A DNA stretch of 52,994 nt, taken from a virus (taxonomy: Duplodnaviria > Caudoviricetes). How positions within the stretch are numbered: the first letter of the stretch is position 1; each line of letters begins with the position of its first letter. A program made the position numbers and the translations under genes. Positions 28,182-41,600 of this stretch are shown here, piece after piece. The notes under the pieces are model-generated. The model saw only the letters and a list, made by a program, of their open reading frames with translations, was not told the DNA's origin and ran no database searches. The stretch covers positions 1 through 52,994 of IMG/VR virus record IMGVR_UViG_3300025869_000018. One strand, given 5' to 3'.

Positions 28182-29094
28182 GGTTGTAGGAAATAGAGGA
28201 AGACAATTAAAGAAAGCCAATGAGTATATGTATTGGTCTCCGTTTACCTCTCATCATAAACCGAAACTACAGATAAACACACAAACACAGAAATGGCATT
28301 GTTGGGTTTCCAATCAAGGTGGTCATAAACTATATCAGCTATTTAAGAAGTTAAAAGCTAGTAAAGAACAATTCGATGAACTTACAGACTTGGTTGGCGG
28401 ATTCCAATCACTATCATCAAATCGTGAGAAAGTCAAGGAAAATATTGTAAGATTACCAAAAGAGTTCAAACCTCTTTTGTCAAATGGTAATAGCATAATC
28501 GCTAAACATTCGAGAGTTTATCTTAACAACAGAAACGTTTCTAATGGGGATATTCTTCGATATGGGATAGGTTATTGTGAAGAGGGTATGTATAGTAACC
28601 GTGTCATTGTGCCTTCCTATAACAGCGATGGAGAACTTAATTATTTTGTCGGTAGGGATATCTATGAGGGTGGCTTTAAATACAAGAATCCTCCTGTATC
28701 TAAAGATGTTATTGGGTTTGATTTGTTTATAAATTGGAATGAGCCTATCATATTATGTGAGGGTGTTTTTGATGCTATAGCGATAAAGCGAAATGCTATA
28801 CCTCTTTTCGGTAAAACCATACCAAAATCTCTTAAAAAGAAAATATACGAAAAAAAGGTTAAGGAGATATATATATTATTAGACAAAGATGCTATTTCTG
28901 ATGCTATAAAGATAACGGATGATTTAATGAAAAATGGTATTAATGTTTATTTTGTAAGTTTATCAGAGGAAGACCCTTCTGATATGGGATTTAAAAAGGT
29001 AATCAATCTCATAAAGGAAACAAAACAGACTTCTTTTTCTGACTTGATGAGGATGAAATTAAATGGTAAGACAAGAAAATATTTGGAAATTTAA
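28153..29094 (+). CDS. DNA primase (DnaG/gp61-like, TOPRIM)
   Basis: RVIVP, YFVGR, KYKNP, LCEGVFDAI, LDKDA, EDPSD. Confidence 0.9.
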   Translation: MSQIVSLLNRVVGNRGRQLKKANEYMYWSPFTSHHKPKLQINTQTQKWHCWVSNQGGHKLYQLFKKLKASKEQFDELTDLVGGFQSLSSNREKVKENIVRLPKEFKPLLSNGNSIIAKHSRVYLNNRNVSNGDILRYGIGYCEEGMYSNRVIVPSYNSDGELNYFVGRDIYEGGFKYKNPPVSKDVIGFDLFINWNEPIILCEGVFDAIAIKRNAIPLFGKTIPKSLKKKIYEKKVKEIYILLDKDAISDAIKITDDLMKNGINVYFVSLSEEDPSDMGFKKVINLIKETKQTSFSDLMRMKLNGKTRKYLEI

Positions 29095-29284
29095 TGACGA
29101 AGAATGGAAAGTTCATATCACAGATATTGAGCTTCTTGAACAGGCAAAGAAAAAATTTGATTTGGGAAATTCAATCACTATTTATTATGAAAGTGGAAGT
29201 CTCTCTAAAGAAACATCTTGGGATATTATAGTACCAAATAATAAAATCAATAAAGTCAAAAAATTCATAAAGGATAATACTTGA
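29063..29284 (+). CDS. Hypothetical protein
   Basis: Overlaps both neighbours in the operon. Confidence 0.65.
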   Translation: MVRQENIWKFNDEEWKVHITDIELLEQAKKKFDLGNSITIYYESGSLSKETSWDIIVPNNKINKVKKFIKDNT

Positions 29285-32200
29285 TTAAAGAAAATGTTGT
29301 AAAAGTACCTTTTCGTAAATTAAAGCACATTCATCATATATCTGATATTCAAATCAGAAACCTAAAGCGACATAAAGAATATGAAGAAGTCTTTGAACGC
29401 ACATACGAAGAAGTAAAAAAACATAAAGATAATGCCGTAGTCTATATCGGTGGTGATATAGCACACTCAAAAACCGAAATGTCGCCTGAACTAGTCGACC
29501 AACTCTCTCGTTTATTTAAGAATCTAGCTGATATATGTCCAACAATCTTAATTGCTGGCAATCACGATTGTAACTTAAATAATCGTTCGAGGATGGATGT
29601 TCTTTCTCCAATCGTAAATAACCTAAAGCACCCAGACCTACATTACCTAAAAGATAGTGGTGTGTATAAATGTGCTGATACAAAGTTTGTAGTTTGGGAT
29701 GTTTGGGAAAAAGAGGATGACTATATTGAGGCTAAGGATTTTGAAGGTGATACAAAGATAGTTCTCTTTCACGGAACTGTAGATAAGTCAGAAACGGATT
29801 TAGGATTCTTTCTTCCATCGGATGTGAAGATTGCTAAGTTCAAAGGTTACGATATGGGATTGCTGGGTGACATCCACAAAAGACAGCATCTCAATAAAGA
29901 GGAAACCATTTCTTATTGTGGTTCATTGGTACAACAGAATCACGGAGAAGGATTAAGTCATGGTTATTTATTGTGGGATGTTCCAAAGAGAACTTCTGAG
30001 TACATAGAAGTACCGAATGACTACGGCTATTATACAATAAACATAGATGATGGTAAGGTGCCTGAATGTCCAGATATACCACAGAAAGCTCGACTAAGAG
30101 TTAGGGTATCTAACACAACACCATCACAACTAAAGAAGGCTATGAGCCTTATCCACAGTAAGTATGGAATCAAAGAAGTGTCTGTTACCAAAACAGACTC
30201 TATATACTCTACAGATAAAGTAAGAGGACAACACATAGCAGTTGGTAATGTTAGAGACTCTGATTATCAATATAACCTAATAGAAGAATACTTAAAAGCA
30301 AATCACTTTGTAGATGATGAAACTCTGATAGATATTAAAAAGATAAATGAAGAATTAAATCGTATATTACCAGAGGATGATGTAAATAGAGGTGTTAACT
30401 GGCAGGTTAAAAAGTTTGAGTTTGATAATATGTTTTCCTATGGGGAAGATAATGTGGTAGACTTTACAAAGCTAAGTGGTATTGTAGGTTTGTTTGCACC
30501 AAACGCACAAGGTAAATCTTCTTTATTGGATGCTCTTTCATTCTGTTTATTTGATAGGTCTTCAAGAGCTTACAAAGCAGTAAACGTTCTTAACAATAAA
30601 AAAGATTGGTTTAAGTGTAAAGCTACTTTGGAAGTTGAGGGTGTAGAATACTTTATAGAAAGAAATGCTAAAAAGCAATCAAATGGTCACGTTAAGGTAA
30701 ACGTAGAGTTTTACACATTTGCTGATGACGGTGAAAAGGTTTCTATGAACGGAGACCAAAGAAGAACTACAGATGTAAACATTCGTAGATTAATCGGAAC
30801 TTATGATGACTTTGTAATGACATCTCTTTCTCTACAGACTAATTCAACTGTTTTTATCGATAAGACACAAAAAGAAAGAAAAGACTTACTTGCACAATTT
30901 ATGGGCATTGGTGTGTTTGACGATCTTTGGAAATTAGCCGCTGATGAAATACATGATGTATCTTCTCTTCTAAAATCTTTTAAGAACAATAACTACGATA
31001 CAGATTTAGCTGAAATAAAAGAAAGTCTAACTGATTTTAGAAAAGAATCAAGAGAGTTGACTACAACTAAAAAAGAAATGGTTGCTGACAAAAAGAAATC
31101 AGATAGAAAGATTATAACTCTCACTAAAAAACTTAAAAAGGTTGATGATACTGTTGGTAGTTTAGATGAAATAGAAGAAAGAAAAGCTTCTTTAAATAAC
31201 ACTCTAGCTACAACAGATGAAAAGTTCGGTAAGCTCAAAACTCTTTCTGAACAATATAAAGTTGAAGAAACTGAACTAACAGAAAAGATAAACATCTACA
31301 AAGAAAATGAAGTAGACAAGAAGTTTGCTCAGTTTGAACAATATAGTTTAGAAAAATCAAATCATCAGATAGAGATAGACAAATTAAAGATTGAAGTTCA
31401 ACATAAGTTGGATAAGATTGATAAGCTCGGTAACTTAGAACACGATCCTGATTGTACCTATTGTATGAGCAATCCTTTTACATTGGATGCTATAGAAACA
31501 AAAGAAAAACTAAATGAAGATAAAACTTTAGCAGATACTTTTCTAAAGAAATCATCTGAGTTGGATAGTATTATAAATGGCTTATCTCATATTACTGCTC
31601 ACAAAAAACAAATGGATTCTTGTATAAGTGACTTTAATTTACTAACTTCAAACATCAGTAAAACAGATAGTGAACAAAAACTAACTACAGAAAAGAAAAA
31701 GAATCTTATAAGTCAGTTAGCTATTATTGAAGATAAAATCAATCTTTATCACGAACAAGAAAAAGATATTATCTTTAATAAAGATTTGTATAACTCTATA
31801 GATGCTGAACAGAACAATTCTGATAACTTAGAAGTAGAGATAGAAGATTTAGATAAGAAACTACAAACTGTAAATGGTGAGATTAAAGTATTAGAAACCA
31901 ATCGTAGAAACATAATGTCTAATATCAAAAAGGTAGAAGAATTAGAAGGTAAGTATGCAGCTTATCAATATTATATGGATGCTATCAAACGTGATGGTAT
32001 ACCTTACGAACTAATATCTAAAGCTCTTCCAACTATCGAAGGTGCTGTAAATGATATACTAGCACAAATCGTAGACTTTTCTATGATATTAGAGATGGAT
32101 GGTAAGAACATTAATTGTTATATCGTATATGATGATGATAATGTTTGGCCTCTTGAACTAAGTAGTGGAATGGAGAGATTTATATCCTCTTTAGCCATGC

Positions 32201-32436
32201 GTGTGGGATTGATTAATGTTTCTAACTTACCAGCGGCTAACTTCTTAGCAATCGATGAGGGTTGGGGAACTATGGATTCAGACAATCTAAACTCAGTTTA
32301 TAATCTATTTCAGTATTTAAAAACTCAGTTTCAATTTACAATGATTGTTTCTCATATAGATTCTATGAGAGATGCTGTAGATACTCTATTAGAAATTAAG
32401 AAAGAAGACAACTTCTCTAACGTATCTTTTGACTAG
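29281..32436 (+). CDS. Fused Mre11/SbcD (gp47-like) nuclease and Rad50/SbcC (gp46-like) ATPase
   Basis: HISDIQ, GGDIAH, AGNHD, FHG, GDIH; Walker A PNAQGKSS; coiled coil with CTYC hook; LSSGME signature, AIDEG, VSH. Confidence 0.92.
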   Translation: MIKENVVKVPFRKLKHIHHISDIQIRNLKRHKEYEEVFERTYEEVKKHKDNAVVYIGGDIAHSKTEMSPELVDQLSRLFKNLADICPTILIAGNHDCNLNNRSRMDVLSPIVNNLKHPDLHYLKDSGVYKCADTKFVVWDVWEKEDDYIEAKDFEGDTKIVLFHGTVDKSETDLGFFLPSDVKIAKFKGYDMGLLGDIHKRQHLNKEETISYCGSLVQQNHGEGLSHGYLLWDVPKRTSEYIEVPNDYGYYTINIDDGKVPECPDIPQKARLRVRVSNTTPSQLKKAMSLIHSKYGIKEVSVTKTDSIYSTDKVRGQHIAVGNVRDSDYQYNLIEEYLKANHFVDDETLIDIKKINEELNRILPEDDVNRGVNWQVKKFEFDNMFSYGEDNVVDFTKLSGIVGLFAPNAQGKSSLLDALSFCLFDRSSRAYKAVNVLNNKKDWFKCKATLEVEGVEYFIERNAKKQSNGHVKVNVEFYTFADDGEKVSMNGDQRRTTDVNIRRLIGTYDDFVMTSLSLQTNSTVFIDKTQKERKDLLAQFMGIGVFDDLWKLAADEIHDVSSLLKSFKNNNYDTDLAEIKESLTDFRKESRELTTTKKEMVADKKKSDRKIITLTKKLKKVDDTVGSLDEIEERKASLNNTLATTDEKFGKLKTLSEQYKVEETELTEKINIYKENEVDKKFAQFEQYSLEKSNHQIEIDKLKIEVQHKLDKIDKLGNLEHDPDCTYCMSNPFTLDAIETKEKLNEDKTLADTFLKKSSELDSIINGLSHITAHKKQMDSCISDFNLLTSNISKTDSEQKLTTEKKKNLISQLAIIEDKINLYHEQEKDIIFNKDLYNSIDAEQNNSDNLEVEIEDLDKKLQTVNGEIKVLETNRRNIMSNIKKVEELEGKYAAYQYYMDAIKRDGIPYELISKALPTIEGAVNDILAQIVDFSMILEMDGKNINCYIVYDDDNVWPLELSSGMERFISSLAMRVGLINVSNLPAANFLAIDEGWGTMDSDNLNSVYNLFQYLKTQFQFTMIVSHIDSMRDAVDTLLEIKKEDNFSNVSFD

Positions 32437-32587
32437 AAAGTAAATTCTTAGGTTTACTATCCCCTCTTTTAAGACTTAGTACATACTGATTAATTACTGC
32501 GCTCATAGTAGTGCTTTCTTCCTTAACATATAATCTAAACCAGTCTACTAGCCCTTCATCTATAGTAAATGAATATTTTTTTTTCAT
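32417..32587 (-). CDS. Ribbon-helix-helix (CopG/Arc-like) DNA-binding protein
   Basis: MKKKYSFTIDEGLVDWFRLYVKEESTTMSAVINQYV; GGAG upstream; the only credible minus-strand gene. Confidence 0.7.
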   Translation of the reverse strand: MKKKYSFTIDEGLVDWFRLYVKEESTTMSAVINQYVLSLKRGDSKPKNLLSSQKIR

Positions 32588-32679
32588 ACCGATAATCTCC
32601 ATATCTTATACATATAATAAATATAAAAATTTTAAATTATGATATTTATTAGTGATATCAAATAATAGGAAATATATTA

Positions 32680-35600
32680 ATGGCCATCGTAAAAAGATTC
32701 AACAGATTACTTGGACTTGAAAAAATAGATGTATTGGTAGATGAGAAGGATAAATCCAGACACATCGTAATTACCAATATACCTGAAAGCCTGCCTCAAG
32801 GTAAAAGCTCTTTTCTTATAGAGGCTTCTCCTTATATGAGAAAGGGAATAGAACTTCAAATAGACTTTATCGACTCAAAAGGTAATAGTATATATGTTGA
32901 ACCAGTTCAAAATTATTTAGAAGGTTCTTCCAGAACTGTATCGGTTGAGGTATATGATACAGTAGCACCAGGTGTTGCTACAATGATAATAGTAGGTGAA
33001 TTAGATAGATTACCATTAGATTCTGGAAATTATAGTGAAGTAGAAGAAATACCAAAAGAGTTTCAAGGAGTTTATAATGTAAGACTTACCAAAGAATTTA
33101 TTATAAATACTGCTGAAATAAATGTTCAACCTATAAAATTTTATACATCACCAAAACTCACAGCTGTTGAAAAACGTTTTGGTACAATGATTAGAGAAGT
33201 AGTATCAGGCGAAACCGTATCTTCTGCATTCAAAGTTAGAGGACAATCAAATATACAACAACAGTATGAGATATTTAATAATCCATCTCAAAATGATGAT
33301 ACAGGAGAAGGGGCTGGTGTAACAGAAACACAAGAAAATCAAACACCACCACCACCTAACGGAGATATTCCAGGTGATGAAGCTGAAAAAGAAAAATTAA
33401 AACAACATGCAAAGAAAAAAAGTATCAGAGGAAATAGTAGATTTAAAAGGTCTAGAAGAATAAGAAGGAGAAATTCACCAGAAGATTTTCCGTATTTTTT
33501 TACTATAGGAGATGACGAACATAGATTTACTACAAAAGAAGTAGGCGCAGAAATAAGATTTTCTGCCATAGATACTTCCCTATACAGTCAAGAAGACTTA
33601 GATAACAATGGTTTAAAAGTTCCTGTCTCTTTCAATGTGGTTACGGATCCGGATGATGAAAACTTTCCAAACCATTACACAGCGTCAATTGCTGAGTTAG
33701 ATGTTACGGGTACAACTGCTTATGTAAATACACCATTTACAAAACAAGATGTTGAAGGTAACTATAGAATTTTAAATATGGCAGCTACTGCTAAAACTCA
33801 TTTTACTCGTGAACCATCTGCTTCTTTTAGTCTAACAAACATAGTCTCTTACGCGGATATTACATTAAGTCACCTTAGAACTTTCTCAGGCGAAGTTTTT
33901 AAAGCAAAGGTTTACGTAAGAAGTGAAGGTTCTTTTGACGATTACAAACTATTAGCTGAAGTACCTGTAGAATCTCCTGATAAAATGGTAAATAACAATT
34001 CGGTTGGTGTAGGAGAAAGAACAGGTTATTTCGTATCGGAAGAAGATAAAAATACATATTGGGATTTATTTGGAAGTACGAATGGATTGACAGCAGCTAC
34101 CGCTACATCAACTGCTTCATATCAAGAATCAACTACAATGTTAGATTCTGTAATGATATCAGGAAGTACATCAGTATTTACAGACCAAATAAGATTTCAA
34201 TTAAAAGATGAATACAAATTTGAGTTGAGAAAAAGTATAGATTATACTTTATCTTTTAATGCTATAGGACAAAAAGATATTGATGGTAGGGCTTTAATGC
34301 TGGTGTATGTTTCTGGCTCTTCTATGAAACAATCAACTGATTTACATAATGATAGCGTGACTCAAACTGATATAGAAGAATCCTCTGCTTATGGTAAAAG
34401 GATGGGAGTCTTAGAAGTAGAGTCTTCCGATGATATTAAAAAAGATTTTAAACTAGTTACTCATAATTTTAATTCAATTTTAACTGGCGATGCTGTAGTT
34501 CAGTTTAGGGTTATATCTGGACAATGGAACCTATCAGACATATCAGTAGTTCCATCAACAGACACAGGCTTCTCACCTTCATTTATAAATTTTCAACAAG
34601 AATTATCTCCTGAACTAACACATAAAAGACCTGAAACATTAGAGTTTCTGACGGAGTTTTATGATATAAATAATAATTTGGCAGATGAAATTGCTGTAAC
34701 TACAGGTTCTGTATTTACTGGCGCTAATATGGTTATTACAGGAGACGACAATAACATTCCTGGTAGTGTGTTTATAGGTGGAGAAACAACTGCTAGTGGT
34801 ATGCAGTTTGGTGGTGTTGACTCAACAATACCTGAAACAGGAGACGATGGAGCTACTGGTTCTGGTTTTATGAGGTCAGTTGGTTATTTGGGATTCACAT
34901 CTGCTTCAAACTCATCGTTAGGTGGTAAGCCTGGCTTTATGATTTATAGTGGTTCTGTATTACCTGGCAGTGGTGAAAATTATGCTGGTGTTGGTTTAGA
35001 ATTAGTTGGAGCTAGTGGTTCATTAAAATTTAGAACTAATCCAAGTTTATTTGATGTACAAGCAGATTCATTTTTTGTAGGAAAAGCTACAACACAATTT
35101 ATAAGTGGTTCGAGTGGAAATGTAGAAGTAAGTTCATCAAACTTTCATTTAACACCTGAAGGTAATGTTACAATGAGTGGTACAATTACTGCGGAGTCTG
35201 GTTTCATAGGTGGTTTTGCAATTGGTTCTAATACATTATCTACTACTGGTGCTTTATTAGGAGATTCAACTCAAACTCACTTTATAAGTTCAAGTGCATT
35301 TAAAGTAGATCATAGTGGAAATGTTACTGCTAGTAATATAGATTTGGGTGGTAAGATAACTGCTACGAGCGGTGAGATAGGTGGGTGGACTATACACGAA
35401 GATATGTTAGCTGCTGGTACAGGAAACAGTTCAGTTTCAATGAGTGGTGATGATCAACTTTTTAGATTTGGTAGTGGTTCTGTTTTCAACATTGGTGATA
35501 TTGATGGTATACTTTTTGGTCAAGATACTGATGGTAAGTATAAATTTGGTGTAGGTCGTGGTGAATCTTATATATTCTTTGATGGAGATTCAGTAAACAT

Positions 35601-38600
35601 TAAGTCGGAAGATATAAATGTAACCGCTTCTGTTTTTTCTGTAGATGTTGATGTATTCAAACTTTCTGCTAACAATTTATTTATAAGTTCAAGTCAAGGC
35701 GGATTTATATCTGCTGGTAATCCAAGACCTACTGGTATTACAGGAACAAACAAAGGGGTATTTATAAGTGGTAGAGATCCAGGTGATACCAAACCAAAAT
35801 TTTTAGCCGGTAATGCAGCAGGTGGGCGTTTGTCTTTTGATGGTGATAATATTTTTATGTCGTCTTCTGCTTTCTTTTTGGGTTCACCTACTCAATTTAT
35901 TAGCGGCTCTTTAGGAAATATAGAAATAAGTTCCTCCAACTTTCATTTAGATAGCGCAGGTAATGTTGTTATGTCGGGTAATGTTTCTGCTACAACTGGA
36001 ACAATAGGTGGACTTACAATTGGTGCTACAAAATTAAGTTCTGGAACAGCATATGAAATATCATCATCTACAAATGTTAATGATCCTGTATCTTTTATAT
36101 CTTCAAGTAATTTTAAAGTTTCTGCTGGTGGACAAGTAACAGCATCAGGATTTTCATTAGAAGGTGGTGATGTTGGTGGATTAGTTGTTGCTGAGGGAAC
36201 GGTTTCTGTAGGTGAGATACTTAAACTAAAAGATAGTGGACAGATTACAGGTTCAAAAGTTTTATTTACAGGTGGAACTATTGGTGGGTTTACAATAGAT
36301 GCTGACGAAATAAAGTCTACAAATGTTCTTATAGATTCAGCTAACGAAAAGATTACTTTAGGTTCTGCTAATGCTATAAAGTTACAAGGTGGAGCAACTG
36401 ATAATTTTCTTACAATGGGAAGCAAAACAAGCTTTTCACACGAGGGAACAGGAACTGCTGGTATTCTTATTGGTATGGATGGTACAAATCCACAAGCAGA
36501 ATTTGTTAAAAATGCCACTAACTACTTTATATTTGATGATGGTATTGATATACAAACAGATACATTGGTTGCTAGTGGTAGTTCAATTACATTGGAAACT
36601 CCTAAATTCTTTTTAGGAAAAGCTAGTACAACATTTGTGAGTGGTTCGAATGGAAATATTGAAATAAGTTCATCTGCATTCCATTTAACTCCTGAAGGTA
36701 ATATTACCGGTAGTAATATTTTACTTGGAGATAAAGGTGAAAGTCAGTTTTTACAGTTTGCTAATGGCGCTTTAACTGTTAGAGGAGATTTAGCAGTTGA
36801 TTCATTATTCTTACCTGCAACAATAGCTGGTGCTACATCCACAGTTGCTAATGCTTCTTCATCTTTGGATTCAAGAGGATTTGCTAAATTCGTATCAGCT
36901 TCAATCGGTGGGTTCAATGTAACATCTACAGAAATAAAAGATTCAGGTAACAATTTAATATTAAAATCAAACGGACAGATTACAGCATCAGCAGTATCTA
37001 TGTCAGGTAATATAAATGCTAACGCAGGTGATATTGGTGGATTTGTTATAGATTCAACACAGATAAATTCTACCAACGATAGCTTAATACTAAAAGCTAG
37101 TGGTCAAATTACTGCTTCTGCAGTCTCTATGTCAGGAACAATTGTAGCTGATAGTGGTAATATCGGTGGTTTCATAATTGATTCTGATGAAATAAAATCT
37201 GGTACAACATTAATATTAGATTCTAATAGTAATAATGGTGAGATAAAATTAGGTTCAGCAGCTCTTAATTCAGGTGATGGTATTTATATGAATGGTAATG
37301 GTGTATTTAGAGTTGGTGATTTTGACGGCAATAGATTACACTTTGATAGTAATAATTTACATCTAACTGCTTCCAAAGTAAATATTAGTGGTTCTTCTGT
37401 AAAGCTTGAAACACCTAGATTTTATTTAGGAGAATCTGCTCAATATATAAGCGGTAGTAATGGTAATGTAGAAATAAGTTCATCAAATTTTCATTTGGAT
37501 AATAGTGGTAATGTCACAATGCAAGGAAATGTTACTGCTACTACAGGTCAGATTGGTGGATTTGCAATAACATCAAATTCTATATCGAGCTCAAACGATA
37601 ATTTAATACTAAAATCAAGTGGTCAGATAACAGGCTCAAATGTTTTGTTTAATGGTGGTACAATAGGTGGGTTTACGATTGACGCTGATGAAATTAAGAG
37701 TGGAACTAATATAGCCTTAGACTCTACTAACAAAAAATTAACAATCAATAATGCTACATTTGGAAATGCTGGAATACAATTAGAGTACAATAGTGGAACA
37801 CCAAGATTTTATGTGGGTGATGGTTCGAATGAGTTTGTAAAGTACGATGGTAGTAGTGTAGATATTAGAACTAAAAAATTAAATGCTAGTGGTAGTAATA
37901 TCACATTAGAAACTCCAAAGTTTTTCTTAGGAAAGAAAGGTTCACAATTTGTAAGTGGTTCAAACGGTAGCATAGAAATTAGTTCTTCGTTCTTTCATTT
38001 GACTCCACTGGGTAATGTAACTGCTTCTAATGCTTTATTCGATGGAACTATAGATGTGACTGGAACAGGAACTATAGCTGGCTGGGCAATAGGTTCTAAT
38101 AGGTTTAACGATAACGCTGACAGTATTAGATTAGATAGCAATGTTGGTTCTGTATCAATAAAAAATCATTCATTTGGTCAATCAGGTATTCAGTTAGAAC
38201 ACAACAGCGGAACTACGAGATTTTACGCTGGTAATGGCTCTGATAAGCATATAAAATTTGACGGTAGTGATGTTGATATTAAATCTGCTAAATTTGAGTT
38301 AGACGCTAACAATTTAGAACTATCTTCTACACATGCTTCTATGAGTTTAGGTGAAGGTAAGATTAAATTAGTTGGAGCTTCTACTTCCACTATAACAGTA
38401 GGTGCTGCAAACTCGATTAAGTTATCAGATGATGGTACGGATAGATTTTTAGTTGTAGGTAGTAAAACTTCATTTACACATTTTGACCAATCTACCGCTG
38501 GTTTGATATTGGGAACTGATAACGGAACTACTAAGTTCGAACTAGCAGCAGATGCGAATAATTACATATCATTCGATGGTTCTGAATTTGATATAAAAAC

Positions 38601-41600
38601 TGCAGAATTTACTTTAGATACTACAAATTTAGATATAAACTCTTCTACAAAAAGAATAGAGGTTTCTGATGGTAGTAATGTAAGAGTTAGAATAGGTGAG
38701 GTTGATTCTACTTCAGCTAATCATTTTGGTATAACAGTTTACGATGGAAGTGGAACAGGCGCTTCTGATGAAATAGTTCATCTAAGTGATGCTAAAAATC
38801 AGATAGCTAGTTGGTCTTTAAGTCCTAATCAAATATCAAGTCAAAATTTAGTCATTCATTCTTCCGGTAGATTAGAGACTGCCAATTTTGTAAGTGGTCT
38901 TAGGGGATGGAGAATATCATCAGCTGATAATGGTTCAGCTGAATTTGAAAATGTAAGTATTCGTGGTACATTAAAGACTACTGTATTTGAAAAAGAAACT
39001 GTAAATGCTGTAGGTGGTCAGTTGTATATAGCTAACTCTACTGTTACAACAGGTTCTACTGCTTTAGTTGCTACTGCTACAACAATGAGTGTTGTAAATG
39101 TTAGTGGATTTGCAGCAAATGAAATATTATCTGCTAAAAAGATAAGTGCTACTGGATTTGGAACAGAGTATATGTTAGTACAAAGTTCATCTAGAGACAT
39201 ACCATCAAGCGATACAAATTTTGCTGGAAAACTTTATTTAGTTAGAGGATACAGAAGCGGTAGTTTGGGTGCTTCGGGTTCTCTTGGAGATAGATCAAAT
39301 ATATCACAATCATACGAACCAGGTCAAGTTATCATATCAACTGGTAAAATAGGAACTGGTTATATTAGATTAAATGCTAACCCAAATGACAAAACCACAC
39401 CTTACATGGATATTGTTGAAAGAACTGGTAGTGGGGTATATGATGTAGAATTAAAAGCTCGTTTAGGAGATTTGAGTGGATTGAGTAGTGGGTTACTTTA
39501 TGGTAATGCTACACCAGGTTTTGGATTATTTACAGAAAATGTATTTTTAAGTGGTGCTATAACTGCACAGACAGGTTCAATAGAAGGAATACTACATATT
39601 AGAACTGATGCATCAAATCAAATTAAATTAGGAACTAATGTAAATGGCTCACAAGACGGTATTCACATTAATGATAATAATTTTTGGTACACCAATGGGC
39701 ATTTTAAAACAGGATTCGATAGTGATAATTTAATACACCAATCAGGTTCGTCTTTAACTATAAAATCAGAAACATTTGCACTAAAAGGTGGAACTACTTT
39801 AGTATTAGATAGCTCTACACCTAAATTGGTAATGGGTAGTAGTGCTGCTTCGATAACAGATACGGATAACACTGGTATCTATATGGATGGTACTGGCAAA
39901 TTTAGGGTTGGTGAAGATCAGGGAAGTGGTGATAATTTTATTTACTTCAACGGAACTACTATACAGATGAAATCAACAGTATTTGATTTGGTTGCTGGTT
40001 CTACTCTTGTTATCAATAGTTCAACACCTAAAATTGTATTGGGTGCTAGTGCTACTGGACAAAGTTTGACTAGTGGAACTGGTATCTTTATGAATGGTAG
40101 TGGACATTTTAGAGCTGGTAAAGCAGGTCATGGTAGAATTGAATGGGATGGAACTAATGTATATGTAAGTTCATCTGCATTCTTCTTAGGAAGTGATTCA
40201 CAATTTTTAAGCGGTTCTTTAGGCAATATAGAAATAAGTTCATCTGCCTTTCATCTAAGTGGTGGTAATGCTATTTTATCAGGCAAGGTAACATCTGCTG
40301 AGGGTAATATCGGTGGATTTGATATTGGAGCATCATCGATAGCTAGTCAAGCTGGTGGGTTAACATTAAATGCTGATGGTGGTATAACTGGTTCTAAGTT
40401 TTTATTAACAGGTGGTGTAATAACTGATGATGTAACAATTCAAGGTGACTTATCTGCTAATAGTATTTCTACACCATCCGATGGTTCGGGCATAAAAGCT
40501 ACGATAACTTCGGAAGGATTTGCAAAATTCATATCAGCTTCTATTGGTGGATTTGATGTTGATGGTAATCAGATAAATTCAACAAATGATGCATTAATTT
40601 TAAAATCAAACGGCCAGATTACAGCATCAGCTGCTCAGATATCAGGAAATATAACCATCACTGGCGGTGATTTAGCTGGAGTAAGCGCAGATACAATTAG
40701 TGGTTCAGCCGCAGAAGTGTCAGCTTCTTTAGCTAGTAGACAAACTCCTTATGAAACTCAAGTTTTACTTACTTCAGCTGGAATGTCTCTAAACAAAGCA
40801 GATGGAACGAGTGTAGCAGATTACGGAGATACAATTAGAATTGGTATAGATGCTAATAATGAGTCTAGAGTTGAGATTGATAACGATTCAATGGATTTTA
40901 TAACTGATAGTTCAGGAACAGATACAACACGTGCTACCTTTGGAGCAACATCGGTAATTGGTACTTCAACCGACAAAGTGACTATCAGCGATAGTGGAAT
41001 CACAATTAGAGAAAATAATGTTGATAGTATTTTATTGGCTAGTGGTGCTGTAACATTGAATGGGGCTAGTACGGATGACCAAGTAGTTATAAACGCAAGT
41101 GGTGTAACCATAAAAGAAGGTGGTACTGTAAGAACAACATTGGCTGGTAACAAACTTACGCTTGGTAAAGCTGATGATAATAGAATAGAGATTACAGATA
41201 GTGCTTTTAGTCTATACGAAGGTTCTGTTGAAAAGGTATCTATTGGCTCATCCGATGTAAAAGTTTTATATGACTCCAACAACTACTCTCAGATGGATGC
41301 TGATAGTTTTGATGTTGTCTTAGGTGGACAAACCTCTGCTTCTTTTGGAGCAACCACAACAATCGGTCCGACAGGTGGAAGTCACGTATCCATAGATTCC
41401 CAACAGATATCGGTAAAGAGAGGAACAACAACTTTCTTATCAGCATCAGCTGCTGGTTTAGATATGAGTGGTTCTATAAAAGCTAGTGGTGGTACAATCG
41501 GTGGATTTGATATCAGCACAACTAAAATTCAAAGTGCTACAGGCGGTGATACTGTAAATTATACTGTAACTGCAAATGGTTCTAGTAATTACCTTATAGA

